This document shows, one piece after another, positions 51,801 to 64,000 of a DNA stretch of 64,000 nt (position 1 is its first letter; each line of letters begins with the position of its first letter). Both the position numbers and the translations under genes were made by a program. Where the stretch lies: assembly GCA_045837725.1 (NCBI GenBank), contig JBEWZL010000243.1, positions 248,001 through 312,000 on the forward strand, in the 5' to 3' direction. This DNA comes from Vermamoeba vermiformis (taxonomy: Eukaryota). The notes beneath the pieces are model-generated. The model was not told the DNA's origin. It did no database searches and saw only the letters and a program-made list of their open reading frames with translations.

Positions 51801-52420
51801 GTTTCAATACAGGTGGTGGAACTTTTTCTTCTTTCTTCTCGTCCTGTAATGGATTAGTGCGCCGAATTTATCCGAATGTCACGATCCAAATTCAATTTCA
51901 ATTCTAAACGAGTTCACACGTGTTCAATCAAATGCAAACTTACAGGTTCATCTTTAACAAACTTGGAAGCAATGGAGAGCAAGCGAACGCTCATTTTCTT
52001 GCTCATCTGTTTTCGGAGTTGCTTTTGATCCGATTTGTCAGTTGTTTCTCTGCAATTTGGACAGCGAATGTTAGCATTCGAGCTCAGAAAAATTAAAATG
52101 GAGATTTAACTTATCGATTAATTAACGTACTTGGCCGAATCTGCCTCGGGCACTTGTATTTCAATTTTCACTTCTTTCGGCTTATCTTGGACTACTTCTG
52201 CCTTGCTGGGAGTCTCAGTTGGTTTTTCAGCATTTTTATCCACATTTCCATTTGTGTACTCATCCAGACCGGAGCTCGCGGTCAGATGCACTGTCTTGCG
52301 CTTGTCTTTTTTGCTCTTGTCCTTGTCCTTATTTTTATCTTTGTCCTTGTCCTTCGATTTGGAGCTTCCGGAGCTCAATGTCAAGCTTTTTCGTTTATCT
52401 TTCTTGTCCTTGTCCGACAT
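48894..52420 (-). CDS. Villin/supervillin-like protein: charged N-terminal extension, five gelsolin repeats (G2-G6-like) and headpiece
   Basis: SMNQGDAFVLD, LDQNKCFVLDCGNELYAWQG, GHFSSGNCYIV, LNSRDSFVV, FYQDDL. Headpiece PPGVDKSCRENYLSEEDFLKVFG...PQWKRVQKKRATGLF. Confidence 0.92.
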
Positions 52421-53012
52421 CTGAAATATAATTGTGAATACCTGTATTACAACGTGATGTGTACATATTTTAAATCGATTTCTAAGATTTATAATTTTGA
52501 AATTTAAAACGGCTCGGGATCTAGTTTCAGTTCGATTGTTTTACGCGCTGCTCGCTTGCAATAAGCAAATTTCGCGTCAAAACTCGCCAATAATAAGATG
52601 TTTTGTAGTTACCTTATTACGGTGATAATGAATATTGACCGCTAAATTATCTCAGCGCGAGATTAATCGTTGTACAAAAATGTGCAACAGTAGACAACAT
52701 TTGAACTTCCTTTTTTGTGGAATCGCCACGCAAACATTGTGACCATGCCCTCGTTAACTTACTAAAAAGATAGCCTTCGTTAATAATATCACGCTACAGT
52801 AACCGCGAGAAAAATGATCTGAGGCGGTCCGTCCGGCATTTCTGTTTAAGTACTCGGTGAGAATATCACCACTACCACAGGATAGAATTGTCAGTTTAGC
52901 ATACCTTAGGAGTATTATACTTTTCTATTTTCACGAGGCATAGGTATTCTTTGTTTCTTTGCGAACATTTAATCTCTCTGTACAGACCAAATCACCACCA
53001 ACACATTGCACG

Positions 53013-53945
53013 ATGGCACAACAAACTACTGCTGATAAATTAGTATATGCCGCTGGCAAGGGATATATTGACGATGTCGCTGCACTACTGAATCAAAAAG
53101 CAGATGTCAACGCCAAAGATCAACTAGGAAATGTTGCAATTAGTATGCATCTGCATTATTAAATTTTAATTATTAATATCGACAAGTTGGAAATTTGTTG
53201 CGATTCGAAGAGAAATTCAATTTGAAATATTCACAAAAAATCTTTACTTGCTACGCGTGTAATCTTAAAAAAAAATATCAAATTTACCGTTATATTATTG
53301 TAATAATGGAAGGAAATTAATGATATAATGAATATCTTGAATATCTTACAGGCCAAAACAAATCATCTTTACGCGTCATTTGATGCCCTACTCACTTTTA
53401 ATATCATTCTAGTTGCAGCAGCGGGTGCCGGACACGTAGAGGTCGTCAAGTTGTTGCTGTCAAAGGGCGCGAATGTCAATGCTCAAAACACGCAGGGCAA
53501 CACTGCCCTTCACCAAGCTGTTTGGCGCAATCACCTCGTAAGAATACGACATCATATAAATACATCAATAACGCGAGTACTTGTGGCTTTACTAACGAAT
53601 GACTCGGCTACAGGACGCAGTTAAAGTATTGGTAACATCAGGAGCCAAACAAGACATTCGCAATGGTGAAGTATGTCACTAATGATACCGATGGGACTAA
53701 ATTTTGCATGCCCATAACTCAGTATTAATGTTGCTGTTGCTAGGGAAAACTTGCCGCGGATTGGGCCTCAACACCAGAACTCAAGGCACTGCTGGGTGTT
53801 AAATCTAATAACATACCCGAAGAGGACTTGAGCAAGGTCGATGGTATGTATTCGGGACGGGACGTTAATCAAATAAGAAGTACGTTAACAAATTTTAACC
53901 TTAAAACACGCAGATCTTGAATTTGGAGACTCAGATGAAGAATAA
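53013..53945 (+). CDS. Small ankyrin-repeat protein with acidic tail
   Basis: [59 protein letters not shown]; ends [10 protein letters not shown]. Confidence 0.88.
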
Positions 53946-54141
53946 TCGCAATACTGCAATCCAGAGCGTGTACTTGTAGCATAAATGCAATTATATTAAT
54001 ACTAATCGTGCAATGTTGAGTACTTTTTTTTCATTTTTACGGACCAATCACAGCGGACCTAAGATTTTTGTCACGTGCGTGGGTAAAGATTCGCACGATG
54101 GTCCAACACATAATATTGATCTTGTTTAGAGTATAACCACA

Positions 54142-57100
54142 ATGGTAATCCTTTATTTAATACAATGAAAGCGAATCTGCTAACTTTGATACAATTTTAG
54201 GCGCAACCGAGAGGAGTGGACGATTTGGTTCTGCTTGAAGATATTTCGCAAGAAGGAATTTTAAAGACTTTAAAGCAGCGATACGACAATGATTTGATTT
54301 ATGTAAGATTCAATTCGGCGGATCAAGATATTGAATTAAAAAATCTTTTTGGCAGACTTATATTGGCCATGTACTCGTTGCAGTCAATCCTTACAGAATA
54401 ATTCCGAATTTATACGGCAAGAATGTCGTAAAAAATTACCAAGGAAGATACATTTACGAAGGTCAGTTCGATCAACAGTTTCAAATCCGATATTAACCTG
54501 TCAAATTCATTCAGAGGCTCCTCACGTGTACGCTATTGCTGAAGATGCTTACCGCTCACTCCTTAACGAGGGTCAGAATCAATGTATTATCATTACGTAA
54601 GCCGATCGTTACAGAAAATCTTTCATTGATTTGTAGTTCTAATGTAATTTTAAGAGGTGAATCTGGTTCAGGAAAGACTGAGACGAGCAAGTTAATTATG
54701 GTAAGTTTAAGAACTGTTTCTTGGACGGCACTGACAGATCCACTAGCAATACATTGCCGCTGTCACTGGCAAGGCGACTAACGTCCAGAAAGTCAAAGAA
54801 CAAATTTTGGAATCTAATCCTGTATTGGAAGCGTTCGGCAATGCGAAGACAGTGCAAAACAATAACTCGAGCAGATTCGTAAGTACCGACCGGGAAACAT
54901 TTCGAGTGAGCTAACTAGCATTTAGGGTAAATACTTTGAAATTCAATTTGATTACTCTGGAGATCCAGTTGGCGGAAGAATTACGAACTGTAAGTCTATT
55001 TGATATCACCCGTTTGTTTTGAGCTAATTTTGTTTTGACAGATCTGTTGGAGAAGGTACGCACGCAGCGAAATTGCGACATACACGTGAGCGTATTATTA
55101 ATAATTGCATATAGTCCCGTGTTGTCTCTCAAGCGCAAGGAGAGCGAAACTTTCACATTTTCTATCAACTGATTGCCGGAGCCAATGCGAATGAGAAGCG
55201 AGAATTTCAGTTGGGCAGTGTGGAGTCATACTACTACCTCAATCAGAGCGGCAGCTTCACTGTCGATGGTGTCAATGACGCAGCTGAGCTCGAAACTACT
55301 CGCGTAAGTATTCGCTGACTGAACGCTCGATGACAAGTACTGATGCGTGTACAGCGTGCGATGACAGTCGTGGGCATCACTGAGGCCGAACAACATTCAA
55401 TCTTCAAACTCGTTGCTGCAGTGCTGCACTTGGGTCAGTTGAAGTTTGAAAAGAAGGGTGAGGGTAGCACAGTGGCCAACAAAGACGAGTTGCGAATCAC
55501 TTCAGATCTGCTCGGCATCACCACTGAAGAGCTCGAGAAGACACTCTGCTCGAAGACTGTCACTCGGTAAGTCGTCATGTGACATCTACGTGTCAAGATC
55601 TCGGCGTTAATGCTCTCTTAGTGGTACTTCTGGTGCTGCTTCGCGTAACGTGTCCATGTACTTCTCGCCTTTGAAGCCCGAACAGGTAATCAATAAGGAT
55701 TGCACTCTATCATATTTACTGACACCTGCCCCAGGCTGCATACACTCGTGACGCGCTGTCCAAGCACGTGTACAGTCGTTTGTTCGACTACATTGTTGTG
55801 CGCATCAATGAGAACATCTTTGACCCAAGCTCAGAGTACAACATTGGTGTGTTGGACATTTACGGCTTTGAAATTTTCCAAAAGAACAGCTTTGAACAGC
55901 TCTGCATCAACTACGTGAACGAGAAGCTGCAACAAATCTTCATTGAACTGACGCTCAAGTCCGAGCAAGAGGAGTACGTCAAAGAAGGTATTCCTTGGGA
56001 GCCCATCAAGTACTTCAACAACAAGCCGTGCGTCGAGTTGATCGAGCGCGTAAGTACCTGAAAAGTATGCTTGATCCGATGCTGACCATTTTATTAGCGC
56101 GGTGGTATCTTCTCGCTGTTGGACGAAGAAAGCATTTTCCCCAATGCCAGCGACAAGACACTGCTCGACAAGTTGAACAAGAACTGTGCCAATGACAAGC
56201 ACTTCCAAGTCGCGGATGTCAAGCAAGGTCAGAACGGCTTTACTGTCGTGCATTATGCCGGCAATGTCAACTACGACGTCACTGGCTTTCTCGACAAGAA
56301 CACCGACACGTTGTTCATTGACTTGAAGATGATGTTGCAGCAGAGCAAGGACCAATTCATTGCCAAGCTCTTCCCGTCAGAGACTCAATCGAAACAACGC
56401 CCGCCCACAGCAGCCATTCAATTCAAGGTGAGTCGTGTCCGAGCTGTTCTTAGACCCTATCTAACTTCTTGCACAGGAACAAGTCGCTTCACTCGTGAAC
56501 ACACTGATGGCCTGCCACCCTCACTACATTCGTTGCATTAGACCCAACGGACTCAAGAAGCCTAAGACATTTGATGACGCACTCAGTCGCAATCAAATTC
56601 AATACTTGGGTCTGCTCGAGAACGTTCGTGTGCGTCGTGCAGGTTATGCCTACAGACAGACTTACGAGAAGTTCTTGCACCGCTTCAAGCTGCTCACTAA
56701 CGAGACGTGGCCGAAGTGGACTGGCTCACCCAAGGACGGGTCAGTGAAGATTGTGCATCACATGAAGATCCCTGCTGCTTCATTTGCAACTGGTACCACT
56801 AAGATCTTCATTCGTGAACCTCGCTCGGTAAGCACATATAACAATTCAATGTTCCTAACTGACACCCTCGCAGTTGTTCACTCTCGAAGAAGCTCGCTCG
56901 CAGAAGCTCGATGACATCTTGCGCGTCATTCAAAATACTTGGCGCACATGCCGCGGTGGTGCTTTCATGAAAAAGTGCGAGGGCATGAGTGCTGCGATTT
57001 TCCACGGCAAGAAAGAACGTCAACGCATGAGTGTGTATCGACCATTCAAGGGCGACTATTTGAACTTGGGCAAGTCCTCCATGGCCTTGTCGATCAAGAA

Positions 57101-57942
57101 GAAGTTCAATGTAAGTACCTGTTGCTGTTAATGTCGTTGCACAATCCTTACTTTGACCTCAGGACACGCGCGTCTATTTCTCGGACAAGGTCTCAAAGCT
57201 CGACGACAAGGGCAAGAAGTTGAGTGCCAAAACGGTGTTAGTCACTAATCTGGCTATCTATGTGGTCGGAGGTCTCTTTAAGAAAGTGAATGCGCGCATT
57301 CCATTCAGTGAAATCAAATCAATTTCGCTCAGCACATTGCCCGACGGTGTTTTCGTTGTGCACACCAGCAATGGCGATCACGTGTTTGAAGGTGAAAAGA
57401 AGACTGAAATGGGTATGTAGAGATGAAATCACTTCGAGTGCTACGAAACTCATTTGCATATTATAGTGACCATGATCTCCGAGCTAATGCGCGACAACCG
57501 TGATGACGACCACTTGTTGCAAGTCAACTTCTCGAACACCATCGACTACTCTACCAAGAGCGGTGCTAAGAAGCTCGAGTTCCAATACGACGAGGCTGCG
57601 CAGGGCAAGTGCAAGATCAGAACTGCGGGCAACATCACCTATGTGTCCATCGCCAAGGCACTGGACAAGAGTGCTGGTGGTGTTCGCTATCAACGCTTCA
57701 AAGACCCCGATGCTGGCAAACAACGACAAATCAACCGCAGCAATCCGAATGTCAACAAGGTGCAGGGCAAACATCAAGCTGAAGCCACTCAGAACTACGT
57801 GGCCAAGAACGCACGTGAGCTCTCTTTTAATACTGGCGACATCATCAACGTATTGCAAAAGGGTACTGGCCCTATGTGGCAAGGTGAGTGCAAGGGACGT
57901 ACTGGCACATTCCCTGCTTCACACGTCAAGTTGCTGAACTAG
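54142..57942 (+). CDS. Class I myosin (motor, IQ, TH1, SH3)
   Basis: [66 protein letters not shown]1 ([18 protein letters not shown]), SH3 ([10 protein letters not shown]...WQGE...FPASHV). Confidence 0.95.
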
Positions 57943-58071
57943 ATCTGCCCCAATTTTGAATGCGGCTGAATTCATCAACTTTTTTGTACTTTTTACGATA
58001 ACTGCTCGAAATAAAATAGACAGTACTTTTATTTAAAACACAGAATAGCATATATACGACATGAGTAAGCT

Positions 58072-61000
58072 CTAATCAATCACGTGAGAGCCAGAGAACG
58101 GTGCGGATCTGTCGAGCACAACTTCCAGATTGAAATTCTGTTTGGAAATAGCAGTCAACTCGGCGTGATAAGGCTGCAACAGCTCTTTGATTTCACCGAC
58201 AAGCGACTTCTTCTTGCCCTTGTCAATAGCGGCCACATTAGGTCCGTTCCATTCAATGAATACGTCGCGCGTGCTGACAGCTCCACCCTTCATTTCGGGC
58301 AGTGTCAGACGAATGAGAATAAACTGCATTTCATCGTCTTTCAAGTGTTCAATCATTTCTGTAATTGTGCCACGGCCTTTGTTCTGTAACTCGATTTCTG
58401 TTGACTTGCCAGGAGCAAAACCCATAATTAACCAGCCACTAGTCAAGCAAGATAAGTACGTGACTTCAATATCAAAACATAATACTTACTCATAAGAGTT
58501 CTTATTAAAGAGCTCTTCAATGACTTGTGTAAACTCCTCTTCTTTGTTCAACTTCAAATTAATCAGAGCCGAAGCACGAGGCTTGGGCTTCTTAGAGACA
58601 GCAGGCTTGGACCAGATAGTGCGTCGCTTGGGCTGGTCACCTTCATTGGGCGTGCTGAAAGTCTTCTTAATCTCACCAATCTTGCTGCCACCTGTCTCAG
58701 TGCCGCTCGGTGTCGTTGGTTGGTCGTGAGCAGGAGGGCTCGTCGAATGGTCATGTGGCGTTGCAACATTGTTCTGTGAGTTGGGCTCGCTGTTGCTGGC
58801 TGACTTGTCAGACTCAGAGACATCAACGCCACTCGACACGGGTGTGAGTGTTGGTGTGTTGAATGCGCTGTCCACTTGTTCGACGACAACTGGCTTGCGT
58901 GTGTACTGCTTCTTCTTGTCGTATTTGACCTAGATTCACACGCGTTATTATAAAGCCTTATCATACGCAGCACACTACTCACATTTTCGAATAGCTTCTC
59001 GTAGTGTTCCATGAGCAGTTCTACAACGAGATTGGCGTAATTGATATCTTCAAGCAAGGTAACGGGATTGGGGTCTTTGCGGTACAAAATATTTGGTGCA
59101 ATCAAACTGGCCAAGTTCTTGACGCTCATCATGTTCTTGTCTGAATGATCGGCCACACGTCTGCAGCGTATTAGCATCATAGTTGCGACTACAACACTGT
59201 CGTATTGCTTACACGCAGAATGAAATCAAGTAGTCCAACAAGTGTGCATTGGGTGCGGGCAGTGATTCGATCAGCTCTTTAAGCTGTGAGAATTTCTTAG
59301 ACTCAATAACTTGCTCTGTGCAATGTGTCAGTGAGAAGGTTCGCAAAGCTATTGTCAAGACACGACGTACTGTTGACATCGATAAATTGATCGAAGCGCT
59401 CAAAGGTCATTAACGGATCGGGCAAGGCACGCAAATACAACTTCAGCAGACCACAGGCCATGTGCACGTACTTGGGGTCGTTGGGCAGATCAATTGACTT
59501 GCCTGCATCGACGTCATCGCGGTACGATTGAATTTGCACGTTAAATCCAGATATTCTGAAGATACCCACAATGCCGAGCGCTACAAAATTGTCATCATTA
59601 AATCCACCAACGCTAGCACTGTAGTTACACACGTACCATTGCTGTCCAAGTAATCAACGATCTTCTCCACCACCACAGGAATGGTGCTGTTCTCACGCTT
59701 CACCAGCACTGCGAGCTCTTCACCAAACACTTTCTCTTTGGGCTTCTCGTCAACTAGTGGCACTGGCTCAGTGTAGGTCACACTCTGCACGTCATCTTGT
59801 GTCAGTAAATGACAATAATATCTGCTGTGCAATGTACCTTGACTCTCTCGCGCTTATCTTTCTTCTTGTCCTTGCGCTCCTGTTTAAATTCATCAGTACG
59901 TTGCCAATTGTTTGTTGCAAAAATAACTCAACACATACACCTGCAGGACTGCGAGACTTTTCAGGATCAGTCTGTTGCACAATTAGTTAGTCACACGTGT
60001 CAAAGTGTCATTTGCAAGTACCTTCAAGAAGTCATTGAGGGACACGTCGCCGTTCTTGTCCTCGCCGTCCTCTTCGACTGAATCACCGTCACTCTCCACT
60101 CGACTTTTCTCGTCGAAGAATTCTTTGATTTTGTTTCTATATCTGGCAATCACGGGCATCAACTCCGACAACTTGTCGCGGCCCTTTGTGAAAAATGCGT
60201 GATATTCTTCTAAATAATCGCACAACTGTACATGTATACTCAATGAGTCCTTAATGTTTCATATCAAATCTCGTCTAATATCTCCGTCATACCCGCGACA
60301 CATTGTCGTATTTGCCGTTCTCCATTCGTTCTAAAATCTGTTTGCTGTGTTGACGTTTTGAAACCTAAAAATCACGTGTTATTATCACCATGATGAAATA
60401 GACACCTAATTCTAGCACGTACTTCTTTGATGTCTGTAATGTGCTGCCTCAATGGAATGCTGAACTTTTCTAAAATTAAACTGCACTGTAGCAAAGTAAT
60501 GTGAGTGTGACGCGTCTAAGCGGAATTATTCAGTTCGTACCAATCGCAATTTCATGTCTTCGAGTGTGTAATGGAAATTAGCAACAGTATTCAAACTATC
60601 GCCTATAATCAATGATTAGAGTCTTGAATTTTGAACAGAAAACTTACTTAGCAATGAATTTTCGCATGTTTTGCTGTAATCGGTGAGGGATTGCGCCAAT
60701 TGACGGCCATCCGTTACGTTGACTAATAATATATTAGTATTTTCGTATTTTTATCAGCTGTAAGCGAAGAATTAAAAACAAAATCACGCAAGAATCTCGA
60801 GGGAAATATCGTGTAAATCGAGCTGAGTAAATTAAATTGTAGCAATAATGCACGTACCTGTTAAACTGTCCAAGTCTTGCGTTAATTTCGCTTGAATATC
60901 TTTCAACGTTTTTTGATCTTCGTCCACTCGCTAAATATTTACATGTAAATTAATTCATAAGTCATCAAATTAAAAAAGTCGGTAATTAATTTAATATTAA

Positions 61001-61153
61001 GTTCTAATTCGAATAATGAGCGAAATAACTCCGCTTTTTTAAAATTAAAAGACATCTCCCCTAGGCACGAAAGAAGACGCATTATTTGCTTACCTTAGCA
61101 TCGTTAGCTGATAAATTCTTGCGGATTTTCCGCTTTTGGAGTTTTTTCATCAT
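58072..61153 (-). CDS. RhoGAP with N-terminal helical (BAR-like) region and C-terminal coactosin-type ADF-H domain
   Basis: VFGEEL...IPVVVEKIVDYL..GIFRISG (Arg finger), LLKLYLRALPDPL, NMMSVKNLA..IAPNIL. Spliced in frame to GWLIMGF...LKDDEMQFILIRL...VFIEWNGPNV...SGSHVID. Confidence 0.85.
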
Positions 61154-61719
61154 CTTGCGGGCGGGTCAAGTTGATAATTATAATTATTTATGCACTAAAC
61201 CGTTCAGCACCGTGACTGATTTAAATAAATAATCTTGATCCTGCCTCGTGCTGGAATGCTGGACTTACGATGGGTACTAACTTTCGAATAACAGCAATTC
61301 TATCAGGGTTAAAAATGCCAAAATTGGGATGCCAAAAAAATCAGCGTTATCCCTATTTATTTTGATATGCAAGACCTCAATTCATTGTTAATATAGCGGT
61401 CTTGTCGAGAAGTTGTACATACCAATAATATTGAGCATTAAAAGTAAGCACTCTCAACGGCTCAAGTAGATTGGCTTTCATAATACTCGCAATGTCTACG
61501 AGAACAATATTTGCATTAAATTAATTTATGTTTTGATTATATTGGCAAGTAAATAATCGCTAAAGCGATTGTTTGCAAAAACGAAAGATCGATCCAAACG
61601 AAATTAATTCGGAATGTTCTCTTAATTATCAATCGCACTAATTAATCACTAAATCTCATTAAATATGTATTTTGAACGAGTTCTATGATATAATTATTGA
61701 CATTATTTGTTTGGATCAG

Positions 61720-62598
61720 ATGGTTGAATCCGAAAGTAAACTCCACAAATGCTTCTGCGATTGGGGCTTTGGTCTATTACTGCTATTATTCCACGGTGCA
61801 CTGATATTGACTGTCATAATTATGGTCGAGAAATCCCCTCGCACGGATTCGTTTTACATTGGCAGCTATTCATTCAGCATTAAACCGAAGATGAACGAAT
61901 TGCCGCTCGTTGAAGTGACCGAGACTATTCAATTTCAAGTGATTGGCACCTTTTCGACATTTACGAGGGTGATCCGATTCTCAAACAACACGATCGAGAC
62001 TGGTTTGCCTTCTTCAGTGGACCACTTTACGTACTCGAGTCCTAATGTGACAAACAAAGAATTGAATGTCAAAACCAACACGATTGAAGGGGAGAGCACG
62101 ACTTGGGTCTTCACCTTCCCTCCTCGCAGCGCAGCTATTATCATCACCTACACGTACGAGGCAGATCTGCTGTTCAACGCCACCAAGGATAACACGTGGA
62201 AGTTCAATTATCACTTGATCGACGACTCTTGGAGCAAGATGAACGGCAGTGTGTGGGGATTCAGCAAGATCGACGTGGATGTGTTGCTGCCGTTCGCTGA
62301 ACTGTCCAATCTCACGATGAGCCAAGATCTCTACGGCCAATCAGCGAATGGAAATCAGACCACGCTGTACTTCAAGCAGGACTACTTGGGACTCGGTCGT
62401 GATTACTCCATTGCGCTCGATTTCATCCCTGGCTCCGATGAAAATAAGGAACACGAGACTAAGAAGATCTTTGGCATTGATTGGTGGATCTTCGTTATTG
62501 CTGGCGGTGTTGTGGTCATCATTGTGGCTGCGATCTTGATTAGCCACATTGTCAAAACGCGACGCCAAAAGAAAATTTTAATTCTCGAAAAGCAATAA
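61720..62598 (+). CDS. Two-TM membrane protein with a DUF2207-like extracytoplasmic beta domain; no introns in the ORF
   Basis: N-terminal hydrophobic helix, VEVTETIQF..GTFSTFTRVI, IIITYTY, FNYHLIDDSW...IDVDVLLP, C-terminal TM and basic tail; several NxS/T sites. Confidence 0.55.
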   Translation: MVESESKLHKCFCDWGFGLLLLLFHGALILTVIIMVEKSPRTDSFYIGSYSFSIKPKMNELPLVEVTETIQFQVIGTFSTFTRVIRFSNNTIETGLPSSVDHFTYSSPNVTNKELNVKTNTIEGESTTWVFTFPPRSAAIIITYTYEADLLFNATKDNTWKFNYHLIDDSWSKMNGSVWGFSKIDVDVLLPFAELSNLTMSQDLYGQSANGNQTTLYFKQDYLGLGRDYSIALDFIPGSDENKEHETKKIFGIDWWIFVIAGGVVVIIVAAILISHIVKTRRQKKILILEKQ

Positions 62599-63359
62599 AT
62601 GATGTAATTATTAGGCAAGCGTTGTGATTGTTTTTTCAAGCGTAAATCCGACGGTACATTTATGACACAACTGAGAATCTTTTTCCGTTATAATTACGTA
62701 GTATCCCAAAAAATCTTATAATAATTATAGGACTTTTTAATCAACTGAATTATGTTCAAGATTTTGTGGATCAATTTTGGAGCGCGAGATGTGACACAAT
62801 CCTTTTTGTAACGACTCACGCCCTTGTACTCCATTCCTGTGGAGTTACGTTACTCTAATTGCCATTTGATTCAGTTTGTATTGGAAACGTGCAGTAATCA
62901 CGAAGCAAATACAGCGGGGAGATTGTAATCTTGCTGTTTTTGTTTTGATTTCTGCCCAGGGCCAGCAAATCTTTTTTTGTTAGTCGCGAATCATTGGGCA
63001 GTTAGAACTTATTTTTTTCGTGTGACTACCATACGAGGTAAGTGTTTTGAAATTGTTTTAATAATATTCAGTCTGGAGTCAAATCCACTGCGGTCTTCTA
63101 TTTGGAATAGATCCTGTTGCGCTTATTGAAAAATACAGCGAGCCTATTAAATTTGCAATAGTTAATTATAGTACATGATTAATATTGCTGATTTTAAATA
63201 TTGAAATCGAAAGTTTTAATTGCTGAAATTGTTTTTGGTTGCAAGTTGACCAACGGATTTCTTCTTCTCTCGCGAATTATCGACTAAAATATTTTCTATA
63301 GCGGCCTAATACGTGCTAATATCTGAAGACCATCGAATTAGTCACAAAAGCACTGAACA

Positions 63360-64000
63360 ATGTCGATTCAGCTCAAGATTCTAGTCAGCGCAACCGGAGC
63401 AGCAAAAGTTCTCCGCTTTGCTCCTGATATGACCATTGCGGAAGTGCTCAAGGAAATCAAGGAGAAGACCGAAATTGGTGGCGCTGACCATGGTTTATAC
63501 CAAGCCGCATTCAAGGGAAAGAAGCCCAGATGGCTCCAGAAAAACAGAACTCTTAAATACTACGATATCACAAATAACGTAAGTTCCTTAACGGTCGTTT
63601 TTTTGTGCGATTAACTAGCATATTTAAAATTGATTGATTTTATATAATCTTTAAGCGCAAAGGTAATGCAGCCTGACTAATCGTTTGCTCTTCTTAGATG
63701 GAGCTCGAATATAAGAAGAAGTCTCGTAGACTTAAGATTAAACTTCCCGACGATACAGTTAAGACTGTTATGATTGATGATTCTGGTCTTGTTGCCCAGA
63801 TCGTCAAATCCGTTGTGGAGAAACTCGACATTAAAACAAACCCTGAAGAGTGGGGTCTCAGACGTGAAACTGCCTCTGACAGTAAGTCAATTATTCGTAC
63901 GGCTCTTGCATTTTTCTCACGATTTACGTTTAGATCAATTTTTGGTTGACGGTCAAACTTTGCAAGAACAAGACGTCGTCGACGAAGAAGAGCAACTTCT
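63360..64000 (+). CDS. TLN: Talin, N-terminal FERM F0-F1 part (continues beyond the window)
   Basis: MSIQLKIL...KVLRFAPDMTIAEVLKEIKEK...DHGLY...RWL..NRTLKYYDI...LEYKKKSRRLKIKLPDDTVKTVMIDDS...EEWGL...TLQEQDV. Confidence 0.85.

Overview
Gene-dense eukaryotic nuclear DNA, most likely an amoebozoan protist (inferred from the class I myosin, talin, villin-family and coactosin-type ADF-H genes and the short GT-AG introns). About 32 protein-coding genes are packed with roughly 40-600 bp spacers: MCM4, ZNF593/BUD20, WDR11, a truncated COG4-like gene, an mL40-like gene, PIG-U, SEH1, an RPRD1/Rtt103 homolog, DEPDC5, mL38, a PNRC-like gene, STX16, RNF113A, HOP2, a Kelch-PB1-MAP3K, RPT5, a RING-less GIDE/MUL1-like gene, gamma-SNAP, CMC2, eIF3f, a UCP-like carrier, CK2 alpha, GK5, a DUF6304-like gene, a PPR gene, villin, ankyrin, myosin I, a BAR-RhoGAP-ADF fusion, a DUF2207-like gene, talin and two hypotheticals. 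A single ~2.9 kb non-coding, CpG-poor island (11.6-14.5 kb) holds nested inverted and direct repeats with tRNA-like/B-box cargo. The most unusual signal is the dense accumulation of palindromic transcription-factor-like motifs inside gene bodies and downstream introns: CACGTG, TGACA-NN-TGTCA, CArG/MEF2 boxes and CTGACCAATCAC. CACGTG is dense enough to show up in protein sequence. Gene 5' ends, in contrast, are strongly AT/ApT-rich. All gene models were spliced by eye and family calls come from remembered motifs; no searches were run.
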